Assembly (NCBI GenBank): GCA_016932785.1
Contig: JAFGCJ010000002.1
Coordinates: 145,777-209,776, forward strand
Source of the DNA: Candidatus Dojkabacteria bacterium
Lineage (GTDB): Bacteria > Patescibacteriota > Dojkabacteria > SC72 > JAFGCJ01
DNA length: 64,000 nucleotides
Direction of reading: 5' to 3'
Made by a program: the position numbers and the translations under genes. The notes below the pieces were generated by a model. It searched no databases, was not told the DNA's origin, and saw only the letters and a program-made list of their open reading frames with translations. How positions within the stretch are numbered: the stretch's first letter is position 1; every line of letters starts with the position of its first letter. Shown piece by piece: positions 58,059-64,000 of this stretch.

Positions 58059-58162
58059 TCAAATCCCTATATAGTAAACCTAATCAACATCTCTGGACTA
58101 TATTTATTGACTTATTTATGTTTTATATGTAACATACCAATGATAATATTTTTATCAAAATA

Positions 58163-58708
58163 ATGAATCAGCAGAAGAGAGAAAATCCACAAATAAGGCA
58201 AGAAGATACATCGTGGGGCTTTGTTTGCTCAAATGGATGGGCTTCACTTAATTACTACTTCTCCGACAAATCCTTCAAGAAATTGACCGAAATAGAGAAA
58301 CTTAGGATACTTTCAAAAAGTCTCGAGGCGGTTTCAAAATTGATGCTAGAAAAAGGATACATTAAATTCTTGTCGACATCAGATATTTCTAAGCTTTATG
58401 GAAAGAGTAGACAGTATTGGGAAAGATTATTAAAAGAAGGAAGACTACCGTACCAACAAACATCTGCCGGAAAAATTACTCTCAACCTATGGGTTGAAGG
58501 ATTTCTCGAGGGCAACAAAAATTACACGAGCAAAATGAATTGGGCAAGGAGTCTTATTATCAAAAAACACAAACTAACTAACAAGGACTCAGGTTTCGTT
58601 ATGTGTCCTAATTGCAACAGAAAATCACTGGGGTATAACTATAACAGAGGAACACATATAAACGCTTCCTGCACAAGGTGCAGGTTTAGAATTGACACCC
58701 AAGAATAA
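58163..58708 (+). CDS. DNA-binding protein: excisionase/MerR-like HTH plus C-terminal zinc ribbon
   Basis: 181 aa. The HTH-like segment is LSTSDISKLYGKSRQYWERLLKEGRLPYQQTSAGKI. The C-terminus has CPNC-x21-CTRC. Confidence 0.55.
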   Translation: MNQQKRENPQIRQEDTSWGFVCSNGWASLNYYFSDKSFKKLTEIEKLRILSKSLEAVSKLMLEKGYIKFLSTSDISKLYGKSRQYWERLLKEGRLPYQQTSAGKITLNLWVEGFLEGNKNYTSKMNWARSLIIKKHKLTNKDSGFVMCPNCNRKSLGYNYNRGTHINASCTRCRFRIDTQE

Positions 58709-58731
58709 TTATCTACCTTCTTTTTAGTCAC

Positions 58732-59967
58732 ATGCCAACCCCAAAAGAAGAAAACAAAATAATATCTAGAGATTTAAGGTTTAGCATAATATTAGACACA
58801 TGTTGCCTTGCATTCACAAAAGGTACAACGATCAAGGAAAAGGCGGAAAACGTAAAAAACAAATTTCTAAAGAAAAAAAATCTAGAAATCGAATTTTGCA
58901 TACCTGAGGTTGTAAAAATAGAGCTACAAAAATTTTTCTGGAATCAGGTATTAGAGACCTATAAAAAATATGACGATTCAGCAACAAAACTTAAAAACCT
59001 TCTTGACAAAACCTTCTCAGCTAAATCCAAGCCCAATAAGAAAGAAGTCCTAGAGATAGTGGTAAAGACCCTTAATCTTTTGGATTTTAGAATCCTCATA
59101 AATCGAGACAAAATAGAACCAGATTGTCTCCTCGATGAGGCATGCTGGAAAAAACCACCCTTTAACGTCCCTTCAGAAAAAAATAGTAGAACAATTGGTA
59201 TCGAAGACTATTTCATATTTAAAACTATCGAGTACGAAGCTACAGCGAACAAGGACGATAATAAGGAGCTCATATTTGTCACAGCGGACAACATCTTCAA
59301 AGAAGCAATAGAGACTAACATTAAAGATATAACCGTTGAAACTTCTATCGATGAAGCAGCCTCATTTGTTAATGTTAGACATAAGAATAATTCCAAACTG
59401 TTTGCAAAAACAATTATTAACAATGCAGACAAACAAATTGACAGAATTCTAGAAAACCCCAAGAACGAAATTGCCATTGAGCTCCTCACACAGATACGCA
59501 AATATTTTGACGGCCCTAATATCTCCGGTCTTGGCTTATCTGCAGCCTATTCTTCTTGGCATCCCGTTACAGGAGAATATAATTTTTACAAATCTGATCC
59601 GATAATTAAACAAATTGAAGACGAAAACAAATACATCTGGAAGTCGGTTTTCAGATGCTCCCAAGAGCTTGAAGCAACATCTCGACCTAAAACTGGAGGA
59701 TATGGTTATATTGAAGACCCGCAACCATTCACACCTCGAGTAAAATACCAAGTAGATTTACCAGTTTTTTGGAAGTCAACTATCGACAAAAAAGGAAACT
59801 TATATAATGTTAAACTTTTAAAAACAGGTAAACCAGAAATCATATCAAAATATATATGGCCTCAAGACGAAATGGATAAAAGTTTCCCAGACACGGATTC
59901 TACAGCATCCGGACAACCTCTTGAAGAGATTCCAAAACTAAATCTGTCCACGCACCTTAGGAATTGA
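58732..59967 (+). CDS. PIN-like nuclease domain protein with unknown C-terminal half
   Basis: 411 aa. Four acidic positions follow PIN order: IILDTCCL, IPEVVKIELQ, IGIEDYFIF and LIFVTADNIF. The remaining ~210 aa are unrecognised. The gene starts 23 nt after the HTH gene. Confidence 0.55.
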   Translation: MPTPKEENKIISRDLRFSIILDTCCLAFTKGTTIKEKAENVKNKFLKKKNLEIEFCIPEVVKIELQKFFWNQVLETYKKYDDSATKLKNLLDKTFSAKSKPNKKEVLEIVVKTLNLLDFRILINRDKIEPDCLLDEACWKKPPFNVPSEKNSRTIGIEDYFIFKTIEYEATANKDDNKELIFVTADNIFKEAIETNIKDITVETSIDEAASFVNVRHKNNSKLFAKTIINNADKQIDRILENPKNEIAIELLTQIRKYFDGPNISGLGLSAAYSSWHPVTGEYNFYKSDPIIKQIEDENKYIWKSVFRCSQELEATSRPKTGGYGYIEDPQPFTPRVKYQVDLPVFWKSTIDKKGNLYNVKLLKTGKPEIISKYIWPQDEMDKSFPDTDSTASGQPLEEIPKLNLSTHLRN

Positions 59968-60349
59968 GAATTGTACACAAAGTATCGAAACAGGAATAAA
60001 TAGAAATACAACAAAGATAAAAAAAGATATTTTTACATTCAAAACCCAAAACGATAATAACAAATACTACATTTACAAAAGAAACAGCAACTATGCTATT
60101 TTCTTAGGTGAAATTCTTGGGCTCAATTTCAAGGGAGAAGTTACTCAACATTCTGATAATGACAAGTACATAATTCCAAGTGGCCCTATATCACCGAAGG
60201 AGGGCCGTCGATTAAATATCAGCTCTTCTACGCAGCTGTTTGGCAGCGTAATACCTCCTATACATGCAACAAAGAGCATCGTTCACCCAACAGTTCCTTA
60301 TCCAAAGTACGTTCCAAACAGCTATACTCCAAAACTAGCTTTTTTCCTC

Positions 60350-61162
60350 ATGCGTAACAAATTGATTCCCCCAGGATTCACTATTTTTTCTAAAGAGGAC
60401 TACTGGCAAGCAATTAATGTTTTCTTAAAAAGAGATCTCGTACCCCGCATGAAGTTTCCTTTCAAATCTGGACTTTCAGAACAAAGGCTTATTTACTGCA
60501 AACAAGAAGCTTTCAACCTTTCAAAGTGTATCAATTGGGATAGAATATCCAGAGTTGGATTAGTCTTGGAAGCTAATGTAATAAACACTGTTAAAAGCTC
60601 GAATCCTAAGTCATACACAACAGCAACTATAGAGCTAGACAGATATAAATACAGCTATATAGGAGAACAAATCATAAAAGAAGAGAAAATACCAGGAGTA
60701 GAATATCTTACAAAATTCAGAATAGTAAAAGGACAGGTGAAAAAATTATACTCTCTTGTATCCAATGACCTTAAACCACTTGTAGACAAAACTATGCTAG
60801 TACATCATGCCTTCCGTCTTCTACCACACTTTATATGTTCAAGATTTAATTTTAACTTTATCTATGGTCAGATCGAAACTTGGTCTAAAAAAGGATCTAG
60901 TAGACACTCAACAGATATTTATTTTACAGAGCAAACATTTCGACCAGGCAGAGCAACAGGAGGAGTCCTACTTTCAGTTAAGGAATTTCTTCTTAATCCT
61001 GGCATAAGGTATATTTCAGCTGAATCATCCACGCATTTCGGCAAAAAATACCCCAAGCAATATCGTTACAATTCGAAAATATTCTTCGATGGTATCGATC
61101 CCTATTATGGTCCAACACAATGCTGGGCTATTTTAAACTCTATAAAATATCTATCACAATAA
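60350..61162 (+). CDS. hypothetical protein; frame is open from 59942, so the true product may be up to 406 aa
   Basis: From the first ATG the product is 270 aa. The same frame has no stop for 136 codons upstream, back to the TAA at 59939-59941, and no ATG/GTG/TTG in that stretch. The extension translates to protein-like sequence (DIFTFKTQNDNNKYYIYKRNSNYAIFLGEILGLNFKGEV...). Confidence 0.55.
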   Translation: MRNKLIPPGFTIFSKEDYWQAINVFLKRDLVPRMKFPFKSGLSEQRLIYCKQEAFNLSKCINWDRISRVGLVLEANVINTVKSSNPKSYTTATIELDRYKYSYIGEQIIKEEKIPGVEYLTKFRIVKGQVKKLYSLVSNDLKPLVDKTMLVHHAFRLLPHFICSRFNFNFIYGQIETWSKKGSSRHSTDIYFTEQTFRPGRATGGVLLSVKEFLLNPGIRYISAESSTHFGKKYPKQYRYNSKIFFDGIDPYYGPTQCWAILNSIKYLSQ

Positions 61163-61387
61163 AACTAGTTAGTAATACCTCTTGAAAAACCAAGAGCGTT
61201 CACCCCATTTCCCACCTAGCCAACTCATCACCCCCTTCCCCTTACCCAGAATTTCATAACCCACTATTAAATTCCATTATTATTTTGGCCCAAAGAAGAT
61301 ATAAGGGGATATTCACAACAAACAGTATTTCAAGAATTAGCAAGTTCATAATCACAGTACAAATACTACCCTACGGAATAAAAAATT

Positions 61388-62122
61388 CTACTCCCCGCAA
61401 AAGCCGATCATCCTATTCAATATTTGCACTTGTGCCACAGTAAACCTGCCACAGGCAATACCCTCTTTCACACTTCGTATGATATCACCGCGAAGAGCAC
61501 TCGAGTCGCTTGCTATCCATCTCATACATACGGCTGTAACCCTCTGCATTATCGGGGCTACCGCGTCACCTAAATGATCTATTTCAAGCTTACCAGCAGC
61601 CAACATCCCTAGAACCACTCTCGCTTTCCTCGCATGAGGAAGACCATATCCATCCGGATATGGCTCGGCATTACCCAAAATCGTATCGGTTACAACATAA
61701 GCAATGTCTGGACTGACGAATTTCCCGGTCGCAAGTGCCCTTGCCGCTGATATTATCCAAGTAGCCTTATCCTCTGAATCAAACCTGTTCTCTGGATCAT
61801 CTATAACACAAAAAGCCACATAACCCGCGCTCGACAGAAGTTCTTGACCGTATCTTAATGCTTCAGGTTTAAGCGCCCCTGAGAGAGCAAACTTGAAAAT
61901 TTCCCCAGAAAGTTTTGTTGAGCGCTCATCAACAGGACTCATCGCTACTTTTGCAAGTGCGTTTATTGCTGCTGCCGGATGAACCTCTTTAAGGTCGCCA
62001 GCTTCAATTCCCTCCCTAACAGTCGCAATATAATACGGTGACATCGAATCACAGGCCGTAATACCAGTCACTGCATCCGCAGTAGAAAGGGTACTTAAAT
62101 CAATTTTGGGATTCTCTGACAT
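61388..62122 (-). CDS. hypothetical protein, paralog A of a tandem pair
   Basis: 244 aa. It aligns by eye with the upstream 241-aa ORF (GITAC..SPYYIATVREGIEAGD vs GIKAC..PRYVSSVRDGIETGD). It has no TM segment or signal peptide. Confidence 0.6.
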   Translation of the reverse strand: MSENPKIDLSTLSTADAVTGITACDSMSPYYIATVREGIEAGDLKEVHPAAAINALAKVAMSPVDERSTKLSGEIFKFALSGALKPEALRYGQELLSSAGYVAFCVIDDPENRFDSEDKATWIISAARALATGKFVSPDIAYVVTDTILGNAEPYPDGYGLPHARKARVVLGMLAAGKLEIDHLGDAVAPIMQRVTAVCMRWIASDSSALRGDIIRSVKEGIACGRFTVAQVQILNRMIGFCGE

Positions 62123-62140
62123 AGCAACTTAATACTAATC

Positions 62141-62866
62141 TTAAGCTCCGGGAGACCTATAAACATCAATCAGCTCCCTTATTCTCTCTTCCTGTCTCTG
62201 ATTAAACACTTTTTCTCCAAGTCCCATCTCTAAATCATTAATATGATTCCCTCGATTGTAACTATCCGCCTTAATCCATGCAGCATATGTATCTATGACA
62301 CCAGTCATAATGATATCACGCATATTGTCAGAACAACTAAGTTTATGTTTACCACAGCAAAGTTCCGCTACTAAATAACTTGCAATAATTGAAAATGGCA
62401 TCCCACCTCTTGAACGTGAAGCTGTCAACAAAGCGTCGGCAAGAACATATAAAGTTTCCTCACTTGTATATCTCTGCTCCTTTATTGCATCAACAGAAAC
62501 TGAAGCAGCACGAGCCCTGACGTCCGGATCACCTAAGGTATCTATAACAAGGGAAGAAGCAAGATATACCGAACGATCGAGCAGATGCTCACTGAAGGTT
62601 TCCGCCTCTTCAGGCATATCACCGCCAAGAAAATCCAAAAAAAGATTCCTTGCTGTTACCGTAGTCGGATTATAAACATCAAGATTAGCAACGCTAAAAA
62701 GAGCTTTCGCAATAGGCTCGGGTTCTATGTCCTGCATATCTCCAGTCTCAATGCCATCTCTTACAGAAGAAACATACCTCGGTCCATCATTACCGCAGGC
62801 TTTAATACCGTTTTCAACCTCCTGAGTTGTAAATTGATCAAGAGAAAAAGGTTTTTCGTCATACAT
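62141..62866 (-). CDS. hypothetical protein, paralog B of a tandem pair
   Basis: 241 aa, 18 nt upstream of paralog A on the same strand, with shared N-terminal and central motifs. Confidence 0.6.
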   Translation of the reverse strand: MYDEKPFSLDQFTTQEVENGIKACGNDGPRYVSSVRDGIETGDMQDIEPEPIAKALFSVANLDVYNPTTVTARNLFLDFLGGDMPEEAETFSEHLLDRSVYLASSLVIDTLGDPDVRARAASVSVDAIKEQRYTSEETLYVLADALLTASRSRGGMPFSIIASYLVAELCCGKHKLSCSDNMRDIIMTGVIDTYAAWIKADSYNRGNHINDLEMGLGEKVFNQRQEERIRELIDVYRSPGA

Positions 62867-62965
62867 AATACAAAAAGGTTAAATAATTTATACTATAAGT
62901 GCTATTGTAACGCAAAAGATATTACTAAACAACCCATAGTCATCATCATGTTAACTTCGAAACAA

Positions 62966-62974
62966 TGCTATAAT
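62966..62974 (+). promoter_or_regulatory. Extended -10 promoter element TGcTATAAT
   Basis: A perfect TATAAT at 62969-62974 is preceded by TG at 62966-62967. It lies 45 nt upstream of the NUDIX gene ATG at 63019. Confidence 0.4.
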
Positions 62975-63018
62975 TTTCCCAATCTGGAGATTAAATAAAA
63001 TATCCAACCCCAAATTTC

Positions 63019-63459
63019 ATGTCCAAAAGAACTGACCTGCCCCAGATAGCTTCCTACATACTTCTCGAAAAAGATAACAAAATTCTCCTTATCAGACGCT
63101 ACAATACCGGCTGGCACGACGGCGACTTCACCCTACCCGCCGGCCACGTAAAGTCGGGCGAATCTGCTTTACAAACCTCTATCCGGGAAGCTAAAGAAGA
63201 AATTGGAGTCACAATAATACCAGAAGACACGGAGCTGGCTCATATAATTCACCGCAATAAAGAACCCGACAATCCCGAATATATTGATTTCTATTTTAAA
63301 GTAAAAAACTGGGATGGCGAGATTAAACTCGGAGAATCCTGCGATAAATGCGACTGGTTTGAACTGCAGAAGCTGCCTGAAAACATTATCCCGGTTGTAA
63401 AAACGGTTTTACTGAGAATAAAAGAAGGTATTAAGTACTCGGAGGACGGGTGGAGATAG
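63019..63459 (+). CDS. NUDIX hydrolase
   Basis: 146 aa with a canonical Nudix box, GHVKSGESALQTSIREAKEEIGV (Gx5Ex7REx2EExG). Confidence 0.85.
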   Translation: MSKRTDLPQIASYILLEKDNKILLIRRYNTGWHDGDFTLPAGHVKSGESALQTSIREAKEEIGVTIIPEDTELAHIIHRNKEPDNPEYIDFYFKVKNWDGEIKLGESCDKCDWFELQKLPENIIPVVKTVLLRIKEGIKYSEDGWR

Positions 63460-63571
63460 CCAGAAGTGACGTTAGTTCGAATCGGTTAGCAGGTAAGCGG
63501 ACCGGCCAAAGTGTAGTAGAAGAGTTTTCAGAATGAGGGTTGGCGGCCCTTATTAGGTTTTTCTCTGTGAC

Positions 63572-63934
63572 TCAGTGTGGTGGAGCCCGAAATTCGGGCT
63601 TCCTGTAGACCTTCACGGGATACGGGCTCTCAACCCATCCCTCTTCCAGGTGCATATACAGCACAGGAATTTCTTCACCATCATCGAGATATTTTACAAC
63701 TATCGGGTCTCCCCAATACGTTGTGCAGTACTCATCTCCTTGAGGCCCTTCCTCGGCCAACAGAATCGTAATTTCCTGGCCTTCCCCGATATTGACGACA
63801 ATTTCATCGCCGATATCGGGATAAAACCCCGCGTCCGACTCGAAGCGGCCCACCAGTCTCTTTGACGAAAACTGGCCCGTAAAAGCCATGTAGGGGACCA
63901 TAACTAGCGCAACGAAAGCCAAAACAGCCAACAC
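63572..63934 (-). CDS. hypothetical membrane-anchored protein (5' end uncertain)
   Basis: 120 aa from a GTG start, with an N-terminal hydrophobic helix LAVLAFVALVMVPYMAF. The frame stays open upstream to the window edge, so the true start may lie outside the window. Confidence 0.45.
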   Translation of the reverse strand: MLAVLAFVALVMVPYMAFTGQFSSKRLVGRFESDAGFYPDIGDEIVVNIGEGQEITILLAEEGPQGDEYCTTYWGDPIVVKYLDDGEEIPVLYMHLEEGWVESPYPVKVYRKPEFRAPPH

Positions 63935-64000
63935 TGCCCAGAAAATTCTTGTCCTAGACCTTCCGGAGGGATTCCTCGAAAAAATATTGAACCCTCCCCA

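Noticed and set aside
61179-61196. A short hairpin ctcttg-aaaaac-caagag after the 60350-61162 gene, considered as a terminator.
   Set aside because: The stem is only 6 bp and there is no downstream T-run, which is too weak to annotate.
1-64000. A search by eye for CRISPR arrays, rRNA genes, IS elements, transposases, integrases and reverse transcriptases.
   Set aside because: I saw no regularly spaced direct repeats. No ORF had the catalytic motifs of a recombinase, transposase or reverse transcriptase. The accessory regions therefore lack obvious mobility genes within this window.
1-64000. Possibility of an alternative genetic code (UGA recoded), as in some candidate-phyla lineages.
   Set aside because: Conserved genes end at TGA at the expected protein length. 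For example, uvrB stops at 4248-4250, and ATGA overlaps occur at 22981-22984 and 44444-44447. Standard code 11 fits throughout.

Overview
The window is a gene-dense, low-GC bacterial chromosome segment. All family calls rest on motifs I recognised by eye; no database search was possible. From about 0 to 49.8 kb it carries housekeeping genes. These include mutL, uvrB, an ADP-forming acetyl-CoA synthetase and a class III ribonucleotide reductase locus with two tandem nrdD paralogs plus nrdG. There is also a compact but remodelled dcw cluster on the minus strand: mraZ, rsmH, ftsL, ftsI, a MurF-like remnant, an ECF sigma factor, two ddl genes, a hydrolase, murF and mraY. The conserved thrS-infC-rpmI-rplT-pheS-pheT block, a LemA/DUF2207 membrane cluster, an OmpR-type two-component system, several DNA glycosylases and NUDIX hydrolases, and two tRNAs (Leu-GAG, Gln-UUG) complete this part. 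The gene content and the near absence of Shine-Dalgarno sequences on core genes suggest a small-genome, fermentative, possibly CPR/Patescibacteria-like organism; this is inference only. Two accessory regions stand out. The first is a high-GC island at about 49.85-54.75 kb encoding an FG-GAP/DUF11 surface protein and two lipoproteins. All three have strong AAGGAG ribosome-binding sites, and two share an upstream DNA element. The second is an orphan-rich variable region at about 55-63.5 kb. Its most system-like content is a co-directional cassette of an HTH/zinc-ribbon protein, a PIN-like nuclease with an unknown C-terminal half, and a large orphan ORF whose stop-free frame extends 136 codons upstream of its first ATG/GTG/TTG. 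This cassette is flanked by a decayed nucleoside-deoxyribosyltransferase-like gene and a tandem pair of paralogous orphan genes. I saw no CRISPR array, rRNA, transposase or integrase.
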